Below the pieces are notes generated by a model. The model did no database searches. It saw only the letters and a list, made by a program, of their open reading frames with translations, and was not told the DNA's origin. From contig OX597814.1 in NCBI GenBank assembly GCA_951406725.2, positions 126,046,001 to 126,110,000 on the forward strand: a stretch of 64,000 nt of DNA, written 5' to 3'. This document shows, piece by piece, positions 25,022 to 38,965 of the stretch (the first letter of the stretch is position 1; every line of letters starts with the position of its first letter). Origin of the DNA: Octopus vulgaris (taxonomy: Eukaryota). The position numbers and the translations under genes are program-made.

Positions 25022-25898
25022 TAAGGTCTGATCAATAAGTATCCAGACTGTTGCAGTAGTAATGAAGTTAAAGCACGCAGAGTGAAGCCACTTGGAAGAG
25101 ATTGACTTTGAACTCTGCTGTGCATGTGCACTAAGTTTTAACGTTCTAGCTCACTTCTGCTGTTTACAGCAGTGCTTGGAAGGAAGGTATGTAGCATGTG
25201 ATCGTCACATTGACCATGACATAAAAAGTTGTCATGGCAACTCAGAGGCCAACACAAAGTTGCAGAAATTATATGGAGAGGAGTGTATGAGCTGCACACA
25301 AATGTACAAGTGGTTCGGACGTTTCCAGGATGGCCAAAAAAATGTTGATATTGACGAACATTCTGGGAGGTCCGCAACCAACAAAACTAAGAGAAACATT
25401 GCAGTTGTGCATGCTACTGTGAGGGGAAATTGACAAATCACCATCCTTGAGTTATCAGAGGTTGTACAGATTAGTAATGGTTCAGTTCAGTCCATTATCA
25501 CTGAAGATTTGGGTATGAGACATATGTCTACCAAGTTTGTGCCAAAACTGCTTTCAGCTGACCAAAAAGACACTCAGGTTTCAGTTGCACAAGATCTCCT
25601 TGATTGTGTTGGGAATGATTAAAACTTTTTGAAAACTTTACATAGGCCTCTGAGCAGGTATCGCCAAGCTTTTGGCAAAATTTGATGCAGATACTCTACT
25701 CACCTTTTTCTGTTATAGTTAACGTGATGATCACACGCTACACACTTTCCTTCCAAGCAGTGGAAGTGAGCTGGAACATTAAAACTTAATGCACATGCAC
25801 AGCAGAGTTCAAGGTCAATCTTTGTCGAGCAGCTTCATTTTGCATACTTTAGCTTCGTTACTATGGCAACAGTCCGAATACTTATTGATCAGACCGCA
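25022..25898 (+). mobile_element. Internally deleted mariner element with ~140-bp TIRs and TA flanks
   Basis: TIRs aggtctgatcaataagtatccagactgttgc... / ...gcaacagtccgaatacttattgatcagacc; translation YGEECMSCTQMYKWFGRFQDG..DIDEHSGRS...LGMRHMSTKFVPKLL (HTH plus WVPxxL-like motif); catalytic domain missing. Confidence 0.9.
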
Positions 25899-26857
25899 TA
25901 TTCATATATTAATACGTTTGTGAAGTTAGATAGATATATGAAGGTAAAAGTATACATATGTTTAGGTATTCAGGTAAGAAGGTAGATAAATATGATGGTA
26001 GATAGTATTTGATAATCTATTATATTTAGTGTGATGTATAACTATATAGTTAAAACTTCTGCATTATAATTGCTATTCACTGTCATTTAATTTCATTTGA
26101 TAGATTTTAAAATTCAATATAAACAAATTCAACAAACAGATTACTGAAATTCATTTCACAGGCTCTTTATCTGGTTATAGAAATACTATATTAATTAGTT
26201 TTTATATTTTTTCTTTTTGATATTTTGTTCTCTATCTTTCCTCAAACGCTTTAATTCTATTATTCTAACTCATTTGTGCACTATCTATAGCCAGTCATAT
26301 AGATAGTTTTGAAATATTAATAATTCCAAAGTAAGAGTAACTTACTTTGGTGGAAAAACTCACCAAAAGTAAATAAACGCTGGTTGCTGCCAAGTCGCCA
26401 GAACAATTAGCATCAATGAAGAAGAACTTTAGTGAAGGCATGTAATTTAACAAAATGAGATGGAACACTCATATATTACATCCGATGTTGTGCAGGTCAT
26501 CGTTATTAAACTGACAGTCATAGGAATCTATGAAAATTCTTCTGAAATTTTATTTCTGCAGCATTCATACTACATTCCTGCACCATCCCTTCATTTCTTT
26601 TGCCTCTTCCTGCTATTCCCACTACTTCTACTCCTCCTCATTCTGTTCTGTACATTAGTTTGCTTATAGTGTGATATTATTGTACAGTGATATCAGATAT
26701 CTACTGGATAGCCATGACTAATAATCAATAGATATCTTATTAGGCTAAATTATTTGTTCAAGCAGAGTTAGTTACTTCCTCCTTTTTCTCTCCTTCTCTC
26801 TTTCTGGAAAATGAACTGTTGTAGAATTATACCTTTTTGGAAAACTTGTTGAATTTT

Positions 26858-26858
<1 letters not shown>

Positions 26859-26915
<57 letters not shown>
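26859..26915. repeat. (GT)n microsatellite
   Basis: Perfect run, followed by CA/TA low-complexity sequence to ~27220. Confidence 0.97.
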
Positions 26916-26916
<1 letters not shown>

Positions 26917-27369
26917 ATGCACTTGTTTGCATGTGTATAGGAGTGCATGTGTACATATCTGTGTGTTGATACATTTGTCTCTAGAGATAATGAATTTCCT
27001 CACTGCTATCAGCTTCACATACATACATTGTAGATATATATACATGCATGGACACAAACACACACACACATGCGCACTCACACACACATATATGCACATA
27101 TATACATACATGTATGTGGGGGGTGTATATATACACATACCAAAATGTGTACATATACTTTATGCACATATACATATGCCTCTGTGTGTGTGTGTGTGTG
27201 TGTGTGTGTACATATATATATGTCTACACCAGTGTTGCATAACCTGCTCATTTAAAAAGTACCTTTGAATCATTGGGCAACATTCTGTGCTTGAGGAGAC
27301 CTATTGAGTCAAGTAAATTCAAAATGAAAATCAAATCAAATTACAATCAAATGGAAATTGTAGTTCTAG

Positions 27370-27657
27370 CTGATGCCAGTGCTACCTGACTGGCTTCCAT
27401 GCTGGCAGCACGCAGTAAACACCATGCATGCTTGGGCCATTGCCAAGTCCACCTGACTGGCTCCTGTGCCAGTGACACGTAAAAATCACCCACTACACTC
27501 TTGGAGTGATTGGCATTAGGAAGGGCATCCAGCTGTAGGAATACTGCCAGATCAGACTGGAGCCCAGTCAGCCTCCTGGTTTGCCAGTTCCCAGTCACAC
27601 CATCCAACCCATGCCAGCATGGAAAACGGACATTAAATGATGATGCTGATGATGATG
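27370..27657 (+). mobile_element. SINE-like repeat (family S4)
   Basis: cacccactacactcttggagtgattggcattaggaagggcatccagctgtag...ccagcatggaaaacggacattaaatgatgatg. Confidence 0.88.
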
Positions 27658-28989
27658 GTATGCACGCATACATAATGTTTGATAGTTTTCCATGATGTGT
27701 GATACTTTAGGCAACAAAAGAGGGAAATGGAAGAATTTATTTAAGAAATTAGTAATACATAACTTAGAACACGTCAAATTATTTGATTGCCATTGGTCAT
27801 GTTGATGAATTTGACCATGTGAGAGATGCTGACAGAGGATGTTTCCAATCACCAACATAGTTATCTGAAGTCTGTCATCAGAGGGAGCATGTAGTTGCAG
27901 CCAAAGATAGTTTACATAGAACAGGTGTTTTACAGATGACAATGTGCATGTCTATATGAATGTGTGCGTGTGTGTGTGTGTTTCATGTCCATTGACAGTG
28001 GATTCCTTTGGGCTCTAGAAGAGCAATAAGTTAATACAAATTGATACATGGTAAAGGGTGCTTTGTCATCTTGGTAATCAACCACTTCAGAGCTAGTAGC
28101 ACAATAGAATGCTTTGAGTCCATCATCAGTGATGGAAGAGCATCAAGCTGTAAAACCTGGAAGTACAATAACAACGATAATTTCTCCGTTTTTCTTTGTT
28201 GCTGTGTATTAGATGACAAGCAACAAGTTGTGACATATTGTGCTGGAACACACTTGTCAAAGACCATGCTGGCATAAAAAATAATCTAAAACACCCAAGG
28301 CCTTGATGATGATGATGATAACGACGACGACAACGTCGATGAGAGCAACAATGATGATAATGAGGACACAAACATGAGGAGACATGCATATGTGTGCATG
28401 CACAAACACAGTGATTTTTTTACACCCCCCCCCCCATTATTCTCATGAAAGGCAAGATTCCATGTTATTAACTGCATCTTAGTTAATGAACCATTTATTT
28501 TGATATCCCAGGAAGGTCATTATGCCAAGACCTCCAAGTTACAAGGATGCAAACCAACCAACAATGGTTGTCAAGCGGTGGTAGGGTGTTAACTATTGGC
28601 ATAATGACCCTTTCATGATAAACAAAATTTCTTTCAACACATGGGTTCACATCAAGAATCTTGCAAATCGTTTATTGGTTTATTAAAATTTGCATTTAAG
28701 TTTTCTAAAGGATTAACCACATAACTCCACTTTCTCTACCTACTTGCTGACTTTACATTGCATACTGCACACTCATCTCCATTACTTCATCATTTTTGTC
28801 TTCAGTCAATAAAACTTTTCAGTCTTTTCTGATCCACTGAATTCTTATCTTATTTCCATATCCAAATATTTGGGTACAGTCACGGTTGTGCAGTTAAGAA
28901 GTTTACATTTATAACTAAATGGTTTCATGACCCACTTACATACACTCTTGTATACACAAATCCACAAATTCACACATATAGTCATATAT

Positions 28990-29362
28990 ATTCTTTTACA
29001 CATTTGATTCATTTGACTGCTGCCATGCTGGAACACCACCTTTAGTCGAACAAATCAACCCCAGAACTTATCCTTTGTAAGCCTAGTACTTATTCTATCT
29101 GTCTCTTTTGCTGAACTGCTAAGTTTTGGGGACATAAACACACCAACATCAGTTGTCAAGTGATGGCTGGGAGTACAAAGACAGACAGATAGACACATGC
29201 ATATATATATATATGATGGGCTTCTTTCAGTTTCCGTCTACTAAATCCACTCACAAGGCTTCGGTCAGCTTGAGGGTATAGTAGAAGACACTTGCCCAAG
29301 GTGCCATACAGTGGAACTGAACCCGGCACCATGTGGTTCGGAAGCAAGCTTCTTACTACACT
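28990..29362 (-). mobile_element. tRNA-derived SINE (family S2)
   Basis: Reverse complement of 21687-22110. Confidence 0.88.
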
Positions 29363-30829
29363 GTAATTCTCACAATGATCATCCATAAATGTCTCCAAAT
29401 ATACATAAATGTTTCCACACACATATGTGTAAAACATTTGAAGTAGATTACACTACCCACACACACATATACACACATTCACCATTGTACTTATACGAGT
29501 AGATCTCACACATTATGTTCACTCGTTCATAGTCCACATAAATATATGTATGGATGTGTGTGTGTGTGTGTGTGATGATACACTTGAAGTAAAAGACACA
29601 TAACATACAGAGAAAGTTATGCATACAAACACCCAAATACTGACACATATAGACTTACTGTTTGAAGTAAATATAGTTTTAAGTTCTTGACTTTCTGTAA
29701 TTTGTTAAAGCAAACAGATGTATGAAAGGAATGTCAGTAAAATGTTTGTGGTGAAGAATGATTGTCTTCACCACCTCCCTCTACATTTAAGCTTCACTTG
29801 TTCTACTATTTGGTCTCCAGTAACAGAGAGATTAGTTTTGTCTGTTGGGCATTGGAGTAGACCAGGCAGTGGTAAAGAATGTTCTTTCATGTAGATTTCT
29901 AGGTATTCCTCTGCTTATCATTAACATGCATGGTCAAACTCTTTAAATTAATGAAACATGAACCTCCAAGTTGGCTCTTTCTTCAGAAACCTTTTCTTAG
30001 CTTATTGATCTAATTTCTGTTCTGTGTCTTTTGCAGTTGATGCTATTTTCTTTATAGAATGCCAGAGTGAAGATAAGATCGTTATTTCCCTTCACTTTTG
30101 TTACAAAGATAAGAATTTGTTTGAAATAATGCAAAAGAGTTTTTAAGTATTTCCAATGTTCATTTTTAAAAACAAATTCTTTACAATATTTCCTACAAGT
30201 AGAATATGAAAAAAGAAGAAAAAAAAAAACTCAATTTACTGTTGCACAATATATTTAATCTGATTAAATATCTTTTACATCTCAGATAAATTGTTATTAA
30301 TTTGCAATTTTTCATTATTTTTAAAAGAATTTTTAGCACAGACATTTTTCAGTACATAAGAATTATCTTAACTAAGATAGTTAAGATAAACTAATGAAAC
30401 ATGAACCTCTAGATGGTAAATGTGGTAAACTTGAAAGTCTTATCCATTAATGAGGTGCCACTAAAGTCCAACAGAATAAAGAAATGATCGTATTCTGCTC
30501 ACTTAAAGTGGGGCATGTAAAGTGGAGTATGTACAGGAAGTGTAGTAGTTGTAGTTGTTTAGCTTCAGTTTGCCCTAATCAAGTAATCCCATAATAAAAG
30601 ACGTTCCAGCCATGACTAGCCTGTCTTTTATTCAGATATAGCATGCTTTGAACTACATTTGAGTCTTTCTTTTTTTAGTATCTAGGATGTAGTTTGAAAG
30701 AGATTTGGCTGTTATTTCTTGCAGGTTGAACAACCAAGAAATGGTTTTCATGTTGATTTGAGATAGTAGAGTACATAGAGAGTAAATATTGAGTACATAG
30801 TACCATCAATTAAGTATAGAAAATGTGCA

Positions 30830-31290
30830 ATGGCATCTTTGGTAAACAGATTATAAACCAATATTGGAGAAAGTTCAGAGAGTTTTTACCTCTATTGGTA
30901 ACCAAAGGTCTTCCTCTCTCTAAGCGAAGAGAAGATTGTATGATACATGTGTACAAACTATGCTCCACTGGATCTGTGATGTCACTGTGAATGTACATGT
31001 GCAACAGAGCATTGGTGTATTGAGAGAGAAGTTGAACATAAGAGGAATTATTTGCAGTGTGTAAGAAAGGAGACTGCCGTTTTTGGTCATGTGATGAGAA
31101 CAGTTGCATAAAGAAGTGCCGATCACTTAAAGTGGAGGGAAGTTATAAAAGAGGGAAACACAGGAAGACATGGAATGAAGTATTGAAGGCTGATCGCAAA
31201 ATGTTGAGCCTTACAAAGGAGATGACAGAGGACTGAGAAATGGAGCACATTGTTATACTCAAGAAGACCTACCCACCACAACAGAATTGA
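30830..31290 (+). mobile_element. RTE-like LINE 3' fragment
   Basis: Decayed RRLxxFGHVMR...GRPRKTWxEVLKAD-type region (gactgccgtttttggtcatgtgatgagaac ... aggaagacatggaatgaagtattg), related to 33842-34080. Confidence 0.75.
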
Positions 31291-31299
31291 CAACCTAAA

Positions 31300-31545
31300 A
31301 CCAAAGTGCCACATAAAATGCATTTGTGTGGGTGCTGGTGCCACGTAAAAAGCACTAATGATGGTGCCATATAAAAATACCCAGCATAATCTATAAAGTG
31401 ATTGGCATTAAGAAGGGCATCCAACTGTAGAAACCAAACCAAAACAGACTACAGAACTGGGTAAAGCCCCTGGCCTTACCAGTATCTGTCAAGCTGTCCA
31501 ACCCATGCCAGCATAGAAAACAGATGTTAAATGTTCGAGATGATC
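31300..31545 (+). mobile_element. SINE-like repeat (family S4)
   Basis: gtgccacgtaaaaagcac ... gaagggcatccaactgtagaaacc ... cccatgccagcat. Confidence 0.8.
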
Positions 31546-32171
31546 ATCATCATATCTACTGAGATAACAAATAAGGCAACCTATACAGGGTTTATTATAT
31601 CTGGTACAAATAGCAGTCAAATTTCCCTCCAATTACACCCCCACCATCTTAACAAGGGAGGGACCCATGCATAATGTATTCCTAGATATGCCATGCTAAA
31701 GAAAGGGTAGGATGGTCATGAATTTTGACACCTTTGATCATAGGTCTGCTCAGTCAAGGCATGGCTGGGTATAAACAACAAATACTAGCAGTGTAAACAA
31801 TGTAGAACTGGAAACCTAAGACTGCTCTGATGGTTTCTTGAAGATAAATTATTTCTGAGTCTGAGATAGCAATCATGAAGTTGTTTGGTTATTTACACAA
31901 AAATACATATCCTGCTGCAAAAATAAATATTCTGAAACCAACATTAAACAGTACCCACTAAGGATATCAGTAACAGAATTATCATAGCTACAGTCAAATC
32001 AAATCAAGACATTCAAAATACAACTGGCCAGTCAGTAGTTTAACCACCAGTCATATACGCCCCCACCCTTTAAAACAGCGAATACAAAACTAATGAAGTG
32101 AACTCTGTATGTCACAATTTATCAGACATGTTGATTTAAGTGTATTTCATAAAATATCTGTTGAACACTCA

Positions 32172-32310
32172 TTAACTCTTTGGATACCAATCTACCTGAG
32201 ACCACTTCTGATTCCATCTGTAATGTCTCATTTTGAAGTGTTCCAATTTGAATTAAACATTTCATTATCATTTATCATTGTCAAATTTTTAATTCTCAAA
32301 TACCAACTTC
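32172..32310 (+). mobile_element. Truncated copy of the piggyBac-type MITE found at 45597
   Basis: ttaactctttggataccaatctacctgaga matches ttaacccttttgataccaacctacctgaga. Confidence 0.55.
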
Positions 32311-32634
32311 AGTTATATATTTTATGTTACCTCTTCTATGCTAGCACAGATCAGAAGGGTACTTATTTTGGGCTGTATTTTTATGGCCAGATGCTCTTTC
32401 TCCAGTGACTCTTTCCTCTTTTACAGGTAAGGAAGGTTTGTTTCAAGAGCACAGAGACATGAAATATAATGCTCACGGGAAATGTAAACACAACTTCAAG
32501 TTTTGCACTCAGATGATCAGCAAGAAGCGGCGATAATAACTTTTACATATACTCACATATGCACGCATGTGCACACATACGCACACACAAACACACACAT
32601 ATCTATATATGTGTATGCATGTGTGTTGTATGTG

Positions 32635-32880
32635 AAGGCGCATAACCTAGTTGCACTCATGATCGCTACATCATGAATTCAATTCCCAGACCACGCAGCA
32701 TGTTGTGTTCTTGAGCAATGACTTCATTTCACATTGTTGCACTCCTCTTTTGATCAAAGGGGAGTGGTGGCCTGCTCACCAAGCCAGTGGGGTGGCATCA
32801 TTTGATGGTTAAAACAATGTAACATCTTATAGTCTGTAACATCTGATAGTCTGGTCGGTCACTTGATTACATGATTACAT
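32635..32880 (+). mobile_element. tRNA-derived SINE (family S5, degenerate)
   Basis: Head ...ttcaattcccagacc..gttgtgttcttgagcaa; tail gcctgctcaccaagccagtggggtggcatcatttga...tagtctggtcggtcac matches the reverse complement of 39800-39920. Confidence 0.7.
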
Positions 32881-32949
32881 CTATGCATGCACAGGTAGGA
32901 TGGTTGACAGGAGCCAGCCTGGTAGAAAATCTACCCATGGCTACTGTGT

Positions 32950-33145
32950 CTGTTTTGACAGGGGATTTTATGGCTGGATGCCCTTCCTAACACCAACTAC
33001 TCTGCAGAGTGAACTCAGTGCTTTTTACATGGCACTAGCACAGGTGAAGTTAGTTTTGGGAAGATTTTTACAGCTGGATGCCCTTCCAGATGCCAACTAT
33101 GTTACAGTGTGGACTGGATGCTTTTAACATGGCACCAGCGCTGGC
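32950..33145 (-). mobile_element. Two partial S4 repeats
   Basis: gctggatgcccttcc occurs twice (~32972 and ~33073). Confidence 0.7.
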
Positions 33146-33829
33146 AAGATAACCAAGTAACACACAGCAAGGAATTATGAGGGTATTTGTGTCAGAGGAT
33201 GAAAGTTAATTTGACAAAGAGACAGAGAGACAGAAGCAGGTGTCTTGCCACAACAGAGAGGGCATTAGAGGAGGTGATCCAGTATCAAATGATGAAAGGT
33301 TAGAGTGTAACAGAGAAATACAGAGGCAGAAATAGGTGTCTTGCTATAGAGGAGGTACCCAGTAAGAGAGCGAGAGAGGGAAAAAGGAGATAGAGTGAGC
33401 GAGAAGTACAGAAAGAGGCCAGAAACAAGTTTGTTGATGTAAAGGTAATACTTGGTTACCTAGTCAGAGGAAAAACAAGAGAAGGAGTGAGAGTGACCAA
33501 AGGGAAAGAGAGAGCAAGTTGGAAACAGTAAAAGTGTAAGAGAGAGCAGAAGAGAAATGGTATAGTGCTAGGGTATACTCACAAGTAATAAGAATATGAG
33601 CATAGAACCTGGTTAGAAAAATAGGGAATGGGTGTGGGTCATGGGGTGTGTGGGGAGCAGTGATACAGTGAGTACGGCAGCGAAGGCAAGAAAACAGATT
33701 GGAAAACAATCATAATGTATGAGGAGGAAATGTGAGGAAGACAAAGATGCAACTAGAAGAGGAATTGTAGTTTGATTTTTTAAGGTAGAGTGGGTGAAAA
33801 GCGTGTTGTTACATGTAGGTGGGACACAA

Positions 33830-34080
33830 GTCTTCTTACACTCAGTGTTGGGGATGGGTCTTCCCTAGGATGTCGTACTGCCAAACATCTTGGTCTACTG
33901 TCGTTTCCTTCATGAGCCCCAACATCCTAAGATCAGTTCTCACCACTTCAGCCCATGTCTTCCTGGGTCTCCCTCTTCCACAAGAAGCATCCACATTCAG
34001 TGACATGCACTTCTGTGTACAGTTGTCTTCACTCATACGCATCACATGTCCAAACCAATGCAATCTCCTCTCCTGCATAC
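33830..34080 (-). mobile_element. RTE-like LINE 3' end
   Basis: MQERRLHWFGHVMRMSEDNCTQKCMSLNVDASCGRGRPRKTWAEVVRTDL is the canonical RTE C-terminal motif. Confidence 0.9.
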
Positions 34081-37000
34081 CATATAATATATATATATTA
34101 TAGGCTTCAATTTCACTCACAAAGCATTTGTTGTCCTGAAGTAAAAGCAAAAGACACTTGGCCAATGTGTTGTGCAATGGGATTGAACCCTCCATATGTC
34201 TGTGAAGTAAAGGTCTTAACTATATAGCCATAGAATGAAAAATTTGATCTGCTAAATTTCTTCAAATTCTTAGTTGTATTTGAAATTAACTGAAACATAT
34301 GAATAATGCATATTATTAGAAATACACAACTTATATGCTTCTATGTATTTTCAGACTAAACACCATAGAACTTCTAATTTATGATTGTAACCTCAAACAC
34401 TTATGTAATCTACATGACATTAATTAGCTGAGAAGAGAGTTAATAAGAGTATAATGTTAATGATATAAGGTGGACAAGAGACATTTAGGGAACTAGTACC
34501 CTTGGTTAACTGACCTATATTAGATAACCTAATTAGCTGGAATGTGTGAGAACCTTTTAGAAGTTTAATGTTAAAGCTACAAGATTGGTAGGACACATTC
34601 TAGTTGACTACTATCCTTAGGTGTGTTATATAAAACTTTATCAGTTACATAATTTTGTATAACAGTGAGACAAATATGCAGACTAAATATAATATATGTG
34701 GTTTGTGAATGAGAGATTTATGTATGACACAATATAGAGGGTTGTGTGTATGGCCTTATGGATATGTAGTTATTTGAGTGACTCATATAGATATTCAATA
34801 GAGATGAATGAAAGTAAACTAATGAATCTTTGATAGCCTATGAGTTACTCATGTTGAAATGCAGTGTAGAAGAATAGGTATGATTTTTAATGTAGAGCAC
34901 TGCAAATTCCAAAGAAGGAACCTTGTTTCTAGATTAGGAAAAAGTAAACTAGCTTTTGTTTTATTAGTGAGATATTTGTTAAAATATAACCAGGATATTA
35001 AATATACTCTTTCTGTGGTTGATTTCTTTTACACAGTGATGTAATCCAATGATAGGCTCTCTATACAGTCTTTTGACATGCTACATCCTCTATATCAGTG
35101 ATTCTCAACTCTTTGTCTCTTCCTTGACTTTCTGTATTATACCATTTCCTCATATGTAAAAATATACACTAAATAATCATTATATTTGAAAACTAATCTC
35201 ATTGCCTACACACTATCTTTAAGATAGCATGTTACCACAAGTATTACGTTAAGCTAATCATAAAAATACTTTTAAAGAAAATTCATATTTTTTTTGATAA
35301 TAAAATAAATTAAAAATAATACAAGGCACATATAGTCCAAGTGCTGCAGGTTGTCCCATATCCGATTATTAAAAGTATAATACTGTAAGAGTGATTCATG
35401 CAATGACATAATTTAGGGTGTTGATAGTTGTATGATCTAATGATTATATAATGTGATGTGGGTGATTCAATCACTTCAAATGAAGCATTCAGAATGAAGA
35501 ATGTACATAGTATAGACATGATGCATGCTTGGTAAAACAACTGCTGGTAGGTGATACATGGTGCTGTTGGCCATACTAGATACATGATATAATAGTGGTA
35601 TTGGTGAAGAAGTAGGTATGTGGTGCAGCAGTACTGTTGAGTACATGGTGTAGTGATTGATGGTAGTGGCGGAAATGGTTGCATAGTATAGGTGCTGGCA
35701 ATAGGTACGCAGTATAGTAGTAATATTGGGTGCATGACTTCATGGTGTATTCTGGGATATTCTAGACTACATTATTCAATGTTTCCTCAGTAAGGTATGA
35801 TTTTACGAAGCTCTGCTACTATTTCTAGCAGGTCAGAAAACTGCATAGAGGCTTCCTTATTGGTTGATAGTAGAGCTGAAGCATTGATGGTATGTGTGTG
35901 TTCAACTGTTATTGAACTCAAGATGAAATAAGACTGCTTTCTTGTACACCAAAGCAATCAACATATTATTGAACTAAAAGCTCTTATTTTTCAGTAAATT
36001 AAAAGAGAAAACTATTTCAACTGACGTAGGAATTGGCAAGAGAAAAGGGTATAGGTAGTTCCTTGATAAAGTGGTAATGCAGTTAGTTGCAGATAATAGA
36101 CTAACTCTTGCTTCTTCTCCTAGGAAGCTGGCAATATTGGGTAAAAGACTTAACATGTAGCCCAGTTTAACACTAGCACCTGACTCTGAGTGCCTCTGGT
36201 TAAGTTCCTTCGGCTGCAAACATTTGAGCCAGATCACCAATCTGAAAATAACTCCCTCCTTTCCTTTCTCAAGTCTCCAGGGCCCTTAAAAGAGGCACTC
36301 TGCACTGTACAGTCTCTGTTAACAGGTTGTTGATTTTTAACTCTTGAATTGTTAATAGAAATGCTGCATTGATCTTCTATTAATAAGTTGTTTTTTTTTA
36401 TCAAGACCAAAGTTTGTAAGAGGAAGCTTGCAGTTTCTAAGAGGAAATTTGGAGTTTATAAGAGAAAGTTGGGAGTCTGTCAAAAGGAAGTTTGAAAAAC
36501 ACTGCCATTCTTTGGAGAAAAGAGAAATGTGAATTTCTTTGAAGAATAGTTATGCCTGAAATGTTGAAACTTGCCTCTTCTCACTCAAGTTCATTTATAT
36601 TTAAACTGTATTTGTTGTTTTTAGTTAATGCAGATCATCACTAGTTACTTTCAATTTTTTTTTATGTTTTCCTCTTTGAAGTTCACAAAGTTGATTTAAT
36701 TAATCACAATATTATACAGTCATATAAATTCGTACCCACACATATACATTTGTCCTTTGGTTTACATGGTAGATTGGTTCCATGAGTCACCATGCAAATT
36801 GAAATCATGTAAAATGAGGTAGATATGTTTTGAATATTATTAATAAAAAAAAAAGCATTAATAAAGTTTAAGTATTTACTAAAATGTGGATGATAAAATA
36901 TATAATGATTGTGTGTATGTGTATCTATAAATATATATGTATATGAAATGTACCATTATCATCATCTTTTAACATCCATTTTCCATGTAATGTATGTATG

Positions 37001-37213
37001 TATGTATGTATGTATGTAGGTGATGTATGTATATATGCATATCATCATCATCATCATCATCTGCATGTATACATCTATATATATATATACATTACATAAT
37101 GTATGCATATGAATATGTATGTATGCTTGTATATCTATACATGTATCAATTCAATTTAGGTATTAACCTTGTAGTTTTATTTGCAATAAAATGTGTTGCT
37201 CACTCCATTCTCC

Positions 37214-37254
<41 letters not shown>

Positions 37255-37899
37255 GATAATATGGGTGCTGTCATAATATCATATCTTATCTTCTATACAA
37301 AATAATACAACTTTCACTGTTTGTATATGGTTTATGACAAATGTATGATATGTATTTTAAAGTTACAGAAAATCCAGTGATTATACAGGCTCTGATTTTT
37401 TTTTTTTTTTTGTTCCTTTCATATAATTGTTCTAACAGTTGTGTCAGTTATATTAAACTGTTTTGCAGTTTCTGTTGAAGACTTGCCTTTTTGAAGTTTT
37501 ATATATATTAATTTTCGTTTCCAAAGAAATCAACTTTCTTCGCATTTGGAACTCTGTTATTCAATCTGGTAAATATTTAACAAAATATAAACAAGATATT
37601 TGTAACTTAAGCTTTAGTTTAGAATGTGGTCTACCTCATAGTTGAAGAAGAGAAATGAAGTGAAATGAAAGAGAAGCAGAAAACCAAATTGGAAACAATG
37701 AAATAGTGTTTCTGTAAATTCAAAGTAAGAAAAGAAGTAAATAAAACCAGAAGTATTATTGGACCAAAATCATGCTACTATGTGTGTGTGTATATACATT
37801 TGTGTAAACTGAATTTTCAATTTCCTCATTAAAAATATATATATTCATTTATACATTCTGCACATATATTGAGTCCACTTTATTGTAAAGGATACTTAG

Positions 37900-38160
37900 T
37901 ATCGTCGCCATTGTTTAAGGCTCGCTTTCCATGCTGGCATGGGTTGGACGGTTTGACTGAAAATTAGTAAGCCAGGAGGCTGCACCAGGCCCCAGTCTGA
38001 TTTGGCAAGGTTTCTACAGCTGGATGCCCTTCCTAATACCAACTACTGCAAGAGTGTAGTGGGTACATTTTACATTGCATGGGTGCCAGTCAGGCAGCAC
38101 TGGCATCAGCCTCACTCGAATGGTGCTTTTTATGCACTACTGGAACAGGCGCCAGTCAGA
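37900..38160 (-). mobile_element. SINE-like repeat (family S4)
   Basis: ttccatgctggcatgggttggacgg ... tttctacagctggatgcccttcctaa. Confidence 0.85.
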
Positions 38161-38190
38161 TGGTACTATATATATATATATACATACACA

Positions 38191-38812
38191 TAGGGTGCGA
38201 TGGATAAATTGTCGCCTTTTAATTTTGCACATGCACATTTTGTTTTTTATTTTGCCAACTACACAATACAATAGGATCAGTTGATGACTTTCTGTGAGAA
38301 AAACAGCACCATGATGCAATTCACTCTGCCAGAAATTTGAAAATGACATGCTGTACTGCTTGGCATTTGCATCGGAAGTTCCAACACAAACATTTTATAG
38401 AGTTTTGGTGTCAATCTGAGGACAGTGCAGAGGATTCAGAAAGAGTTGGATGAGTCTAATGGTGATCACGAAGGTACGACAGCTCGGAAAACTCACTCTG
38501 ATTGTTCTGATAAGAAAAGAACTCCTGAATTTGTTGGTGAGATCCAAGCTGCAATTGACAATAATCCCTCCAAGTCAATCATGTCCATTGCCAGGTACAT
38601 GGGAGTGTCTGAGTTTCTTATCAGGCAGGTAATGCATGAAGACATTCAGTATTCCTCATACAAGATGAGAAAGGGCCAATTTTTATCCCAAGCCATCAAG
38701 AACAAGGGGAAAGACTGCTCTACAAAGCTTTTGACTAAATTCAAGCATCTCCTCCAACTGAACATGCTTTGTTTTTTTTGTCAGATGAGAAATCTTTCTA
38801 CCAAGATCAGAT
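38191..38812 (+). mobile_element. maT/Tc1-mariner element, 5' half (TIR, HTH, up to the first catalytic D)
   Basis: TIR agggtgcgatggataaattgtcgcc; RTPEFVGEIQAAIDNNPSKSIMSIARYMGVSEFLIRQVMHEDIQYSSYKMRKGQFLS; ends at tcagatgagaaa (SDEK motif). Confidence 0.88.
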
Positions 38813-38900
38813 GTGTAATGTTAGTGTGCACACACAACAGAGTGTAAGCGCCCTGAGAGAAATGTTGGACATAAGAAGCATTGGATGTTGCATGCAAGAG

Positions 38901-38965
38901 AGACAGAAATGGGTTGTGAGTGAGTGGATAGAAGAGAGATGAGAACTCACAACCCATTTCTGTCT
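38901..38965. repeat. Perfect 21-bp inverted repeat with 23-nt loop
   Basis: agacagaaatgggttgtgagt (38901-38921) / actcacaacccatttctgtct (38945-38965). Confidence 0.95.

Noticed and set aside
37469-37568. Possible plus-strand exon (ttttgcag| ... TG|gtaaat)
   Set aside because: Very T-rich, non-protein-like translation and weak donor; a UTR exon cannot be excluded but is unsupported
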